Numbered from the stretch's first letter, positions 1 through 13,140 are shown. The stretch is DNA of 64,000 nt from Octopus sinensis (GCF_006345805.1 NC_043004.1:72602001-72666000), one strand, 5' to 3'. Program-made: numbers and translations. Notes: generated by a model not told the origin, from the sequence alone.

Positions 1-505
1 AAAATATACGAAGCCCAATATACCCATCATGACTACCCGTCTGATAAAGGTACACCAGGCACATGCATCACAACCATATGTGCGCGACATGGTGATCTCA
101 TATCAAGATAACAGCACATGACCTTGCAGGTGGGGCCCAGTTAGAATTTTCTTCAGGTTGAGTAGCCCATCCTGCTCAAACGGTCCCTGAATAAGGGTTG
201 CTTTAGGATGTTGAACGAAACACCTATGTTCCAGAGGTGAACCATTCAAACTCCAAAGAATCCCTCTCAACACATGGCCATGATGCTCCCCCACTACTTC
301 TGCTCGTGATCAGAGATGCACATATCGTCAGCCACTAAGGGACATGCTCAACTGGTTAAGGTCAAACAACTGACAAGCAAATCTGTGGTATTGAGCAGAA
401 TATTTGCTGTAGCCCATCTTTTATACCAAGACAAAACAATGTACATGATAACACTTCCAATCAGTTAAGATCAGAAGCCATGAGAGCCACTGCCTGGTAC
501 TGCAT
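1..505. mobile_element. Young interspersed repeat (unclassified retroposon-like family)
   Basis: 1-250 is the reverse complement of 62421-62672 apart from two 1-nt indels; further copies at about 60440-60745 and 61805-62350. Confidence 0.75.
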
Positions 506-506
506 C

Positions 507-552
<46 letters not shown>

Positions 553-975
553 TGACTTTTGCTTTACATTTGCCCAAACTGGCTCCAAGTCTCACCCAGA
601 GACCTTAAGAGACAACAGGTTGGAAGTTCATGTTGGTCTTATGCCTAGGGTGCCCGATATTTGGTTGTCTACTTAATGTTGTACTAGTGAATGACTAAAA
701 AAAAATACGAAAATTATGTTTGTTTTAAAACTTGAGATTACATAGAAAGTATTTTGCGTAGGATATGAGCAGTTCCCATGAGCACTATCTTTTGAATTTT
801 TACTATTTTGGGGTTTCCTGGTATCTGAGTTAGGTAGCAATCAGCCCCTTTCGCTATCATTCCCAGGGCACCTATGACAACAGGCATTGTTTTAGTCTTC
901 AGGTTCCACATTTTGTTGATTTCTATTTTAAGATCTTTATATTTGCTCAGTTTCTGGAAGGTCTTGACAAATACC

Positions 976-976
<1 letters not shown>
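553..976 (-). mobile_element. Dong/R4-like RLE LINE, 3' end
   Basis: Minus frame reads SKYKDLKIEINKMWNLKTKTMPVVIGALGMI...GTAHILRKILSM; 3' UTR matches 56470-56585; (TAA)n on both sides. Confidence 0.8.
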
Positions 977-1011
<35 letters not shown>

Positions 1012-1130
1012 TTTTTTTTCTTCTTTCAAATTTGCTTCCATTCCTTGCCGAGTGTCTTCCCGACTCCTAGGGCAAAGAAACTCATAGTATACATTGGTAG
1101 GCCATTAAACCAAACTCAGTAGTTCGTTCA

Positions 1131-1174
<44 letters not shown>

Positions 1175-1177
1175 TTA

Positions 1178-1232
<55 letters not shown>

Positions 1233-1370
1233 CATTATTATTATTATTAATTATTATTATTATTATTATTATTATTATCATTGTTGTTGTTGTTGTTGTT
1301 GCCGTTGTTGTTGTTGTCGTTGTTGCTGTTGTTGTTGTTGTTGTTATCACCATCATCACCATCATCATCA
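977..1370. repeat. (TTA)n/(TTG)n microsatellite containing a ~130 bp Dong-like 3' UTR fragment
   Basis: About 1011-1140 is near-identical to about 29990-30110. Confidence 0.8.
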
Positions 1371-1444
1371 TTAGCAGTGAGGTGGCAGTATCGTTGGCTC
1401 CCCGGGCAAATTATTTTGTGGCACTTCGTTTGTCTTCACTTTCT

Positions 1445-1700
1445 CGGTTTAAATACCTATTTCTTTACTACCCAAAAGGGGCTAAACACAGAGGGGACAA
1501 ACAAGGACAGACAAACCTATTAAGTCAATTATATCGACCCCAGTGTGTAACTGGTCCTTAATTTATCGACCCCGAAAGGATGAAAGGCAAAGTCGACCTC
1601 GGCAGAATTTGAACTCACAGCGTAACGGCAGACGAAATACCGCTAAGCATTTCACCCGGCGCGCTAACGTTTCTGCCAGCTCACCACCTTCTCGGTTTAA
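1445..1700 (-). mobile_element. tRNA-derived SINE family A
   Basis: Reverse complement of the GGCGAGCTGGCAGAA...GAGTTCAAATTC unit seen at 2660. Confidence 0.8.
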
Positions 1701-1867
1701 ATACCCCCGATATCGACTTTTCGTTTTATACTTCAGCTGTCAAGAAAACAAGTACTAGTCGACCACCAGGGTTTAGCTGATGGACTTAACCCTACCCCGA
1801 AATTGCTGGCGTGCTGCCAAAACGTAAATCCATTATTTTCTGGTCCCTGTAAGTATTTTCAACACTC

Positions 1868-2379
1868 TCTCTCTTTACTCACTTTTACTTGTTTCAGTCA
1901 TTTGACTGCGGCCATGCTGGAGCACCGCCTTTGGTCGAGCAAATCGACCCCGGGACATATTCTTTGTAATCCTAGTACTTATTCTATCGGGCTCTTTTGC
2001 CGAACCGCTAAGTGACGGGGAAGTAAACACACCAGCATCGGTTGTGAAACGATGTTGGGGCGGACAAACACAGACACACAAACATACACACACACAAACA
2101 CACACACACACACACACATATATATGTATATATGCGACAGGCTTCTTTCAGTTTCCGTCTACCAAAACCAATCACAAGGCTTTATATATATATATAACAC
2201 AGACACACAACATACACACACACAAACACACACACACACACACATATATATATGTATATATGCGACAGGCTTCTTTCAGTTTCCGTCTACCAAAACCAAT
2301 CACAAGGCTTTATATATATATATAACACAGACACACAAACATACACACACACATACATACATATATATATTATATATAT

Positions 2380-2411
<32 letters not shown>

Positions 2412-2575
2412 CGACAAGCTTCTTTCAGTTTCCGTCTACCAAATCCATTCACAAGGCTTTGGTCGGCCCGTGGCTATAGCAGAAGACACTTGCCCAAGAT
2501 GCCAAGCAGTGGGACTGAACCCAGAACCATGTGGTTGGTTGGCAAGCTACTTACCACACAGCCACTCCTGCACCG
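1868..2575 (-). mobile_element. tRNA-derived SINE family B with internal tandem duplications
   Basis: A-box TGGCTGTGTGG and B-box GGTTCAGTCCC on minus, CCTTGGGCAAGTGTCTTC-type core, (TAAAAGAG)-type tail; many copies in the window. Confidence 0.85.
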
Positions 2576-2659
2576 TTGATTTTTTTTTTTGCGGCCATAA
2601 AATGTTTTGGGCAATAAGCTACCAAGGGCAAATTGATATCACGGTACATGTCAGGTTAA

Positions 2660-3256
2660 GGCGGCGAGCTGGCAGAAACGTTAGGACGCCGGGCGAAATG
2701 CTTAGCGGTATTTCGTCTGCCGCTACGTTCTGAGTTCAAATTCCGCCGAGGTCGACTTTGCCTATCATCCTTTCGGGGTCGATTAAATAAGTACCAGTTA
2801 CGTACTGGGGTCGATGTAACGACTTAATCCGTTTGTCTGTCCTTGTTTGTACACTCTGTGTTTAGACCCTTTTAGGTAGTAAAGAAATAGGTATTTCCTC
2901 TGCCGTTACGTTCTGAGTTCAAATTCCGCCGAGGTCGACTTTGCCTTTCATCCTTTCGGGGTCGATAGATTAAGTACCAGTTACGCACTGGGGTTGATTT
3001 AATCGACTTAATCCCTTTGTCTGTCCTTATTTGTCCTCTCTGTGTTTAGCTTCTTGTGGGTAGTAAAGCAATAGGTATTTCTTCTGCCGGTACGTTGTGA
3101 GTTTAAATTCCACCGAGGTCGACTTTGCCTTTCATCCTTTCGGGGTCGATTAAATAAGTACCAGTTACGCACTGGGGTCGATATAACGACTTAATCCGTT
3201 TGTCTGTCCTTGTTTGTACTCTCTGTGTTTAGCCCCTTGTGGGTAATAAAGAAATA
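2660..3256 (+). mobile_element. SINE family A trimer with a 17-bp TSD
   Basis: One head plus three ~184 bp units; GGTACATGTCAGGTTAA at 2643-2659 and 3257-3273. Confidence 0.9.
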
Positions 3257-3689
3257 GGTACATGTCAGGTTAAAATCGTTGAGAAATAAGAGCCACGCAC
3301 ACCCAAAAGAGAAATATTATTGAGAGGCATTTGAAGTGACATCGATTGTGGCACACGAGCCAATATGGCACTGTCGATATTAGATTCTTCTTTGAAGAAC
3401 CCGTAGAGAGGCATTCTAGAGTTACATGCAAGAGTAAAGATTTCATCGTCATTACGATATACTTGGGTATTACAATATCAGGATTTATGTTAGAATCGGA
3501 TATTTGATGAGAGATATGTGTTGTTCTCGAATAAGCTAATTCAGTCGTAGAAATGAAGAAGAATCGAAATGAAAACTAGATGCAAATTGGGCTGGAATTA
3601 TCGACGCTATTTTCTTATTCTATGATAGAAAATGAAATGAAAAATTTAACGACGCTATTGTTCATATATTCGGATACAGAATATAAGAT

Positions 3690-4278
3690 ATTAGCAGCTA
3701 AGCCCGGTTTCATCCAGTCTGTTTGGATAATGTGGCTGTGTTCATTTTCGGTTAGGCATAATCTATAACAGCGTTTCTCAACCATATCATTTCGGTTTTC
3801 TGTTTCGATTGGAGCCGCCAGCTGTATGAAAATTTCCTGACCCCACCCCGTCAGAAAACAGCTTCTAAGCAACAGGTTGTTTTAATAGCAGAAGAAAGAG
3901 GCGAATTCCATTAGAAACAGTTTTAATTGATTTTCTCGGTAAGTATGTGGGCTACGGAAAAACTACAAACCGCATTCCAATTTATGCACCCATCCCCACA
4001 TGTGTGCCATTTTTCACGCGAATCCACCCAGCCGTTTGACTGTGAACCTTAAGACATCACCCCGTAGCAGAAGAAAAAGGGGAATTCCTTTAGAAAAAGT
4101 TTTAATTGATTTTCTCGGTAAGTATTTGGGCTAGGGAAAACTACAAACCGCATTCCAATCTATGCACTCGTAACCACATGTGTGCCATTTTTCACGCTAA
4201 TCCACTCTGCCGTTTGGCTGTGAACCTCGAGACAAGAAAGAATAGAACGATCGCCCATGTTCAGTTTATATTATAGAT
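3690..4278 (-). mobile_element. Non-autonomous Helitron-like element with a ~180 bp internal tandem duplication
   Basis: TC-type 5' end near 4278, hairpin near 3700-3720, duplicated units at about 3890-4050 and 4070-4230. Confidence 0.4.
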
Positions 4279-4332
4279 TAAGTAAAAGTTGTCTATATGT
4301 TATGAATAAGATAACATCAACAGAGTCCTTAC

Positions 4333-4409
4333 CTGTGCACTGCCCATTCTTGTCACTCCATCCATTACAGCAATTATAACAGGGTGTACGAATTCTTTTA
4401 TAGCCAGTT
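4333..4409 (-). CDS. Gene L exon 3: C-terminal half of the EMI-like domain (TGYKRIRTPCYNCCNGWSDKNGQCT)
   Basis: Pyrimidine tract and CAG acceptor, GTAAGG donor, phase 2 to 1, 77 nt, same length and Cys spacing as 50867-50943. Confidence 0.88.
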
Positions 4410-4861
4410 CTGTGTAGAGGAAGAATGATTGAATAGTAGAATGTAAAAACAGAACGCAGTGATTATAGTTTTAGTATAAAACACACACATACACACACAC
4501 ATCCATACATACACAAACAGGTGCATTCAGTTTGTTTCTACACCACCCACTGACAAGTCTTTGGTGGTTACGAGGCTATATTAGAATACACCTGAGACTG
4601 AACCGAAGACCAGTTTTAAGGAAATTCTCTGTACAAATTTGTATGTTCTTCGATTCATTATTAGTATTGCTTAATATGTTTTGGTAAAATTGCGTTTCTT
4701 TTCATATGTCATCAGAAAAATGTAATCAAAATTCATTAAATTTACAGATCTATCGGACTTTCAATGAGGTCAAATAGTTGGTACTAAACAAGGGGCTAAA
4801 CACGGAGAGGACAAACAAGGACAGACAAAGGGATTAAGTCGATTACACCGACCGTAGTGCG

Positions 4862-5755
4862 TAACCAAAACTTTCAGATAGGGACTGCCGGACTCTTACG
4901 CGAATTTTTAGAAAGGATCATGAAAATACAACTCCCAAAAGTATTGCAGAGCGGAATGACCGCCTCGGGATCCCATTTTCCACAAAAACTGTTCGCCGGG
5001 AGCTGTTCGCCAGATTTCAAAAACTGTTTGCCAGATTTTACAGGTCTGCAATCAGAAAACCACTACGTTCAAAACCCAACGTTGCAAAGCGTTTAGAGTA
5101 GAGTAAAAACCTACAGAATTGCTCCCTAGAGCAGTGGTAGAACGTTATTTCCGACCACCGGCCGAGTATAAGTATGGTGACAACCGAAAGAAGCATTTGA
5201 CCCAGTCTGCCTTCTTCCAACCGTTAAACATGGATGAGTATCTGTGATGATCTGAGGGGATTTATCTTGGAAATCCGCCGACCCAATGGTTTCCTTTCAT
5301 GGCAGAATTAATAGTCAAAACTATTTACGCATTTTATGCGTTCAAATTTATCCTGTTTGTGGAACTGTTTCCGGGGGGTAACGCAACCTTTCAGGATGAT
5401 AATGCACCAATTCACACAGCTAAAGTTGTTACTGAATGACACGAGGAACATTCTAGTGAAGTTAAACAACTTATCTGATCATCACAGTCCTCAGATCTCA
5501 ATATTATTGAACAGTTATGGTGCATTTTATAAAAACAAGTAAGGAGTCGATATCCTCCACCATCATCACTACAAGAACTGGAGACTTCTTTTCGCTGAAG
5601 AATGACAAAAATTCCTTTGGAAACAATTCAAACGTTGTACGAATCCATACTGCATAGAATTCAAGCTGCAATTACTGACAAAGGCGGTCTTACCCCACAT
5701 TAAAATAAATTTGTTTGGAATTTTAAGGCGGTTTCATTATTTTGTTCAACCCCTG
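4862..5755 (+). mobile_element. Degenerate Tc1/mariner transposon (transposase remnant plus right TIR)
   Basis: STKTVRREL, FQDDNAPIHTAK, SDLNIIEQLW motifs with stops; ends ...GTTCAACCCCTG followed by TA. Confidence 0.85.
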
Positions 5756-5921
5756 TATATATATAGACATACATACATACATACATACATACATACATAC
5801 ATACATACATACTTACATAGATACATACATACATACACACACACACATACACACACACACACACATACAGACACATACACACACACACCACACACACATA
5901 TATATATATAGATATATATAT

Positions 5922-5956
<35 letters not shown>

Positions 5957-7304
5957 CTATATATATATAGATATATATATATATGTATATATATATATCG
6001 ATGGGTGAATGAATTATCCTTTGTTTACAGTCAACATGGAAAATTCGATGAACCGATACCAGGGTAGCAAATTCACGTCAGAAACACGGTTGAAGCGACC
6101 TATCCAAAGGTAGAAACTCCGGGTTCATGTGCAGAAATTTGTGTGTTATATATGAATAAATAAATAAATGGAGTTGAACAAAGATGTTAATAAAATTCCT
6201 TTACTTTCGACATATACTTCTCTTCCTACTATCTAACCTTGACGTCAATTCCACCAGGGGCGTGCACTCTCAGGTATGCAAGGTATGCGTTGCATGCCCT
6301 GTGATTTTTTTATCCATATGATCGGAAAATTAGATAAAATAGTTACTTTGTTTCAAAGAAAATCCGTCCAGTTGTATTTTTCTCCCCTTCTCTCTCAGTG
6401 ACTCTACTTCTGCTTTTAGAAGTCATGCATTGACAAGACCAGCATGTTAGACACTCCCTCTCTGTCTCAGTTTGTCCTTCCTTCCTCTCTCTCTCACTCT
6501 TAGCGACTTGTTTAAAAGACATGCTAAGGGGATAGGGCATTTGAAATATTTTTACCCCCTTCCTCTTTCTCTTAGTGGCTATGCTGTGGGAAGACCCGCA
6601 TGACCTCCCTCTCTGTCTCTTAGTTTGTCCCTCCTTCCTCTCTCTCTCTTAGTGAATTGATAAAACAGATGCTAGGAGGAAAGATCGTTCATAATATTTT
6701 GTACCCCCTTCCACTTTCTCTCAGTGGCATGTCATGCTATGAGCTGACCGCATGATACCCACTCTTTCTGTATCTTTCTGTTTTGTTGAAATTGACTTAC
6801 AATTTACGCCGGCGCTTCCACGTGTGTTCGTATATAAGAACAGCCTTTTACGAAATGAGTGAAATGTGTGTTATAAACGATATTTTGAGAAATAGTTTTC
6901 CGAAAGGAGAATTCGATGGAAAATAATTAATTATATCGGTGGGAGACCAACACCGAAAAGGGCTAATGCATTAGATAACATTGTTAAAAAAAAGATTTCC
7001 GAAGGCAACAGCCTCACGGCTTATTATTACCACAAAGGAAAATTATCATTTCATAATCAGCCTTTTTGAGCACATCATTGAAAATCCTGAAGCATGGGAT
7101 GATACCACCATAAATTCAGCAATTGAATTCTTACAAACTTTAAAAGCTCCTGATTTCTTATTTTTGTTAGAAGTATTCAGTGAGATTTTTTCTTTTTTCA
7201 TATTTAACATCCTCCAGAGTAAAAGTCATGACATAGTGTATTGTAAAGATCAAATAGATAAAACTAGAACTGTACTCGAAAACAAACTTGATAATTTTTC
7301 AATC

Positions 7305-7625
7305 TCTTTTACTTGTTTCAGTCATTTGACTGCGGCCATGCTCGAGCACCGCCTTTAATCGAGCAACTCGAGCCCGGGACTTATTCTATCGGTCTATTTT
7401 GCCGAACCGCTAAGTAACGGGGACATAAACACACCAGCATCGGTTGCCAAGCAATGCTAGGGGGACAAACACAGACGTACAAACACACACACGCATATAT
7501 ATATACATATATACCACGGGCTTCTTTCAGTTTCCGTCTACCAAATCCACTCACAAGGCTTTGGTCGGCCCGAGACTATAGTAGAAGACCCTTGCCCAAG
7601 GTGCCACGCAGTGGAACTGAACCCG
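7305..7625 (-). mobile_element. SINE family B nested in the hAT element
   Basis: Matches other family B copies and interrupts the transposase frame. Confidence 0.85.
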
Positions 7626-7843
7626 GGGGGAAAAATATGGAGTCGATGCAGGAATCGGAATTCAGAGATCCAAGAATATATCTATTGAGCCCCAACGACT
7701 TTATATAATGCTTTATAACAAAATTATCAGTACAATAGTTGACCAAATAAAAGCACGATATTCATCCTTAGAAGAGTTTAAATTCATGGAACTTTCGAAT
7801 TTCAACAAATTTGATGAGTATTGCAAACAATTTAAAAATCATG

Positions 7844-8095
7844 GGTACTATTTAAGAAGAGTAGTCCCGGTGCGCGCAACCGAGCATCCACGCCAGCTAG
7901 TCGTGACTAGTCGATCCTTACTTTGTGTTTTATTTACTTTGTTTAAAACATTATTTACTTTGTGTTTTTGTGTTTTATATATTTTGTTTAAAAAATTTAT
8001 TTACTTTGCTAGATAGTCGTAGGATCGACTAGTCACGACTGGCCAGCGCGGATGCGCGAGCGCGCGCAACGGGACCACTCTTCTTAAATAGTACC
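7844..8095. mobile_element. MITE with ~75 bp TIRs nested in the hAT element
   Basis: GGTACTATTTAAGAAGAG at the left end and CTCTTCTTAAATAGTACC at the right end; no clear TSD. Confidence 0.75.
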
Positions 8096-8322
8096 AGGGC
8101 GACGTTTTTTTTTTTTATTCTAGGTCATACGGGGTTGATTGCATATTCAGAATCTCCCATATGTAAATCGTAGGAATTCGAAAATTTTTTTTACTGAAAA
8201 ATTGCCCGGGGGGGGGGGGTAAAGAAATTCATTGCATGCCCAGCCCCGGAAGTCACCGCACGCCACTGAATTCCACTAACGGTTTTTATTAACATCTTCG
8301 TTCAACTCCATTTATTTATTTA

Positions 8323-8370
<48 letters not shown>

Positions 8371-8802
8371 ATCCAAAAATGATAACACAAAGAGAAAATG
8401 CAAGAAGGCGAGGATGTAGAACAAGTATATTGTTATTGGACGCTCAGGACAGGAAAAAAAGGAGGGTTTAACGTTTGGAGCGGAGCTCTTCGTCAGAAAC
8501 ATAGGAAAAGGAAAGATCCAAAGAAGGGAAAACGGAGGAAAAAAATCGGGTACAGAAAACAATTCTAGACTCAACCGACTGCGACAGCAAATTACTACTA
8601 TCTGTTTTGTAAATTAAACAGTGTGGCCTAGACTTGTTTTCTAGGAGTGGCTGCACCAGTCGAATAACTAGCAGCAGTAATAATAATGGTAGTAGTAGTC
8701 GTGAGTTCTTCCCCCTGGGGTTTTAATAGAAATCGGGTTCTTCGACCCCTTGCAAATCCATATATATATACATGAACAAAAACATATATATATATATATA
8801 TA

Positions 8803-9077
8803 TAATTGTTATCGCCATATTACTATGGCATTCTTATAGATATAAGAATAATCGCTGCCGCTGGTCAGCTCCATGAGGCCACCGCCTTAAGATAGCTATT
8901 GATACACGATCTGTATCCATTAGAACCTTCGAACAAGGGAGGTCAGCCGCTTCACGCTGCCATTCCGACAGCTACAGACGCGTTTCGGAGTATTGCGGTG
9001 GCCTCATGGAGCTGACCAGCGGCAGCGATTATTCTTATATCTATAAGAATGCCATAGTAATATGGCGATAACAATTA
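8803..9077. repeat. Foldback element with perfect 83-bp inverted arms
   Basis: 8803-8885 versus 8995-9077. Confidence 0.9.
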
Positions 9078-9135
9078 ATTTCCAGTAAACGCTGCCGTAA
9101 TCTCTTTTATAGAAACTTAGTAATTTTAATATTTC

Positions 9136-9165
<30 letters not shown>

Positions 9166-9173
<8 letters not shown>

Positions 9174-9404
9174 AATAGAAAAGTGTGAAAAAACTACAGA
9201 AGGCTTGTTTTATAAGGTTAAAGAATATATGTAAGTCGCTATGTTAGAAAAAAGCTATAAAATTTTGCATATAGTAACCCAAAAACTATGTTACTATATG
9301 TAAAATTTTATAACTTTTTTCTAACATAACGACTTAAATATATTCTTAAACCTTATAAAACAAGCCTTCTGTAGTTTTTTCACTCTTTTCTATTTTCTAT
9401 ATAT
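9166..9404. repeat. AT-rich foldback with ~110 bp arms and a short loop
   Basis: Direct inspection of the inverted arms. Confidence 0.85.
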
Positions 9405-9462
9405 CCAACCACGTGCTTTCACACACCAACTTTCTCACCTATATATATATATATATATATAT

Positions 9463-10000
9463 ACTTATTTAACCTAATTTTGAGACACCAGCAAAAGACG
9501 GATTTCGACTGATGTACTTGCGCGTACAAATGCACGTTCCCACTGCTTTATGGATCACATTCTCACCTCGAATCGATTTTTGTAATTTTTTCAAGACTTA
9601 TACACGCCCTGATACCGTCGGCATCGACATATCAAATTTGAGTGCAATCGGATGGAGGATGTCCGAGATCGTAGAATATATATATATATATACATACACA
9701 TACACACACATACATATTTATTATATAAAATCCGTTCTGTGTGTGTGTGTCTGTGTGTGTGTGTGTGTTATTGTGTTTGTGTGTGTCTTCTAGGATCTCG
9801 GGCATCCTCCATCCGATTGCGCTCAAATTTGATATGTAAATGCCGACGGTATCAGGGCGTGTATAAGTCTTGAAAAAATTACAAAAATTGATTCCAGGTG
9901 AGAATGCGATCCATAAAGCCGTGGGAACGTGCATTTGTACGCGCAAGTACAAAGTCAAAATCCGTCTTTTGCTGGTGTCTCACAATTAGGTTAAATAAGT
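9463..10000. repeat. Foldback with ~210 bp arms around a microsatellite spacer
   Basis: 9463-9676 versus 9788-10000; explains the mirror ORFs 9512+ and 9958-. Confidence 0.9.
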
Positions 10001-10104
10001 GTTTCTCAAAAGGGAGGCCTATGGGATGGTCGGACAAGTTTGAGAAAATTTGGTTTAAATATTTGACAACTCAGCACCGTCCATTGGACGAGGGGGCGTT
10101 TTGC

Positions 10105-10161
<57 letters not shown>

Positions 10162-10203
10162 TGTGTGTGTATGAATATATGTGTATACCTTTATATGTAT
10201 GTG

Positions 10204-10265
<62 letters not shown>

Positions 10266-10286
10266 ATATATGCATAATATGTTATA

Positions 10287-10337
<51 letters not shown>

Positions 10338-10345
10338 TATAATAT

Positions 10346-10416
<71 letters not shown>

Positions 10417-10433
10417 TTATATATATATATATA

Positions 10434-10485
<52 letters not shown>

Positions 10486-10710
10486 ATATATATTATATAT
10501 ATAGCATTAAATATCCCTATAACAGGTCTAAATATCCTCATAGTGACAGCATGCACACAAATATACACAAACACATACACGGACGCGGAGATACTGGAAG
10601 ATAACGAAAATGCAGTTAGCTTAGGACTTAAGGTACGTGGACGTCGTCAAATTCAAAGTTTACTCTCGAGAGGAAAATATAAATACCAGAAGCTGTGGCT
10701 TCGTATTTAC

Positions 10711-10803
10711 CTGTATTTTATGCACCATTTTAATTCCGCACACCGCTTTCTACTTGATATTTTATAGGTCACGATTCTATAACAGCCCTTCCAACATTTG
10801 CGC
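10711..10803 (-). CDS. Gene L exon 2: N-terminal half of the EMI-like domain ([30 protein letters not shown])
   Basis: TTTTTTTCTCTTTTCAG acceptor, AG|GTAAAT donor, 93 nt, phase 2 to 2, joins exons 1 and 3 in frame. Confidence 0.88.
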
Positions 10804-10847
10804 CTGAAAAGAGAAAAAAAATGGGGGATATATTTCTTTATATGTGT

Positions 10848-10893
<46 letters not shown>

Positions 10894-11296
10894 CTGGCGT
10901 TATATATATTAATATAGCCAGCTGTTAATATATATAGGGGGATATATTTTTTATATGTGTATATATATATATTATATATTATATAAGGGCGTGTATAAAG
11001 CCTTGGGCAAAATATATATATATATGAATATATATAAATATAGGTGTATATTTATAAAGATATATGTATGTATATATGTGTGTAGGACCGTTTGTATATA
11101 TATTATATATAATATATATTATATATATTATATACAAACGGTCCTACACACATATATACATACATATATCTTTATAATATACACCTATATTTATATATTC
11201 ATATATATATATATACTTTCTCTGCCCCAAGGCACATTTCTAACACGCCAGCTGAGTTTAATTCGTCTAAGTCGAAAGACGCCTCTTGTGATGTCC

Positions 11297-11357
<61 letters not shown>

Positions 11358-11379
11358 TTCAGTTTTTATTTTTATAGTG

Positions 11380-12230
11380 TGCGTTCACTTCACTACCGAG
11401 CGCAGCTCTGTGTGCCTTAGGTATGTGCTGTGATTTGTTGTGATGCTCTGATGGTTATTGTATGGAAAGTGTTCTGCGTAGGATGTGTGCAGTGCCTAGT
11501 AGTGCAATTTTCTGTATGTTATATGTGTTTGTAAGTCCTGGTGTTTTTGTTATGTATTTGTCTGAATATTTTTTATCATGCCTATTGCACCTACTATGAT
11601 AGGAATTGTTTCTGTTTTTAGATTCTACATTCTGGTTACCTCTATTTCCAGGTCTTTGTATTTTGAAAGTTTCTCCATTTCTTTTAGAGACACATTGTCA
11701 TCTGCCGGTATTGATACATCAATTAGAAAGCATTTTTTTCTTCATGATCTCTGACAACTATATCTGGTCTGTTAGCCTTAATTTCTCTATCTGTGTGTAT
11801 CGGCATATCCCTGAGTATGGTTGCCTTCTCGTTTTCTGTGACCTTTTCTGGTGTGTGCCTATACCATCTTTTTTCTGTTGTTATTCCATAATGTTGGCAT
11901 AGCTTCCAGTGTATGTAGGTTCCAACTATGTCATGTCTGTGAATATATTCCTTCTTAGCCAGGACTGGGCAACTAGAGATAATATGATTTATTGTTTCTT
12001 GTCCATCTCCAAATATTCTGCAGTTACTTGCTATATTTCTTTTCATTACATGTTTTTGGTAATTTCTGGTGGAGAGGCTTTGATCTTGTGCTGCAATTAA
12101 AAATCCCTCTGACTCTGCTTTGAGTCCTGAGCTTCTCAACCATTGCTGGGATTTTTCTTTGTCTATTTTGCGTTTAGTTTAGTCCAGTATTTACCATGAA
12201 GGGGCTTTTCTTGCCATCGTTTTATCATGG
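11380..12230 (-). mobile_element. Dong/R4-like LINE 3' fragment
   Basis: GLKAESEGFLIAAQDQ, degenerate CCHC knuckle, ANRPDIVVRD endonuclease motif; (TTA)n flanks. Confidence 0.88.
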
Positions 12231-12262
12231 TTCGATGCTGTTCTATTTTTAGTTTGGATTTC

Positions 12263-12322
<60 letters not shown>

Positions 12323-12699
12323 CATCATTATTATTATTATTGTTTTTTCGTATTATTTTTGTATTTATATTCGTGTAACATCGTCCGTTTTTCCGTCCTT
12401 GTTTCATATACATTCGAAGCTTTTTTCCCAAGTAATCTAATGCGCTTAGCTTAGTTTTTCCTTGGGGCTGGCCAAATCGGAGCTATCTCAAGATTAATCA
12501 GCCGAAATTGCGAGGATGATCCGGTTCTTGACTGAAGATTGAAGGCTTCGAACGACCCGTCCGTGTTTTTTTGTATCGTCTTCTAAATGTTTTGCGTTCT
12601 TGTCCCAATTTGTATATATATTATATATATATATATATATAACACAAACACATGCGCGTGAACATATATATGGATATATATAATTGGAGATATGAATCC

Positions 12700-13140
12700 T
12701 TAAATCCTTAAAAATGTTTTATCCCTAAGGCCGCGGCCATGCTGGGGCACCACCGCTGAATGAGCTACACTAATATGTGAATCCACCTCTGATACGTGGC
12801 ACTTGATCAACAAGGGAGTTCGATGCCGCTGCCCGCATCTGTGTCTCCTGTCGTGAGGTAGGTTCATCTGGGACCTCCGACAAAAAGAGATCCAGTTTAG
12901 TTTTAAAGAAACCCACATCCACACCATGTAAGTCTCTCAGGCATTTAGGGAGGATGTTAAAGAGCTGTGGTCCTCTGAAACCCAAGCTGTTGCAGTATCT
13001 GGACCTGTATTTTAATGGTGATGTTGGAATCTTTGGCACCATGCGGTGGCGCCCCGTTCTGCGGTTGGGATAACTTTGAATGCCAAAGTTTGGGACAAGA
13101 CCCTCCAGGATTTTCCAGATGTATATCACCGCATAGCTCT
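12700..13140 (-). mobile_element. CR1-like LINE 3' end
   Basis: Reverse complement of 38020-38448; YCNSLGFRGPQLFNILPK. Confidence 0.88.

Larger units (their letters stand above)
6255..8268 (+). mobile_element. Internally deleted hAT transposon with an 8-bp TSD
   Basis: Termini CAGGGGCGTGC and GCACGCCACTG; AATTCCAC at 6247-6254 and 8269-8276; transposase-like fragments at about 6981-7300 and 7660-7840. Confidence 0.88.

Noticed and set aside
10165-10767. Long YI, HT, poly-L or poly-E/K ORFs here and at 38425, 52117, 52564 and 61512
   Set aside because: These are microsatellite translations that lack stop codons by composition
12520-12570. Hammerhead at CTGAAGA 12532
   Set aside because: It lacks a proper GAAA and helix I pairing in both inverted copies
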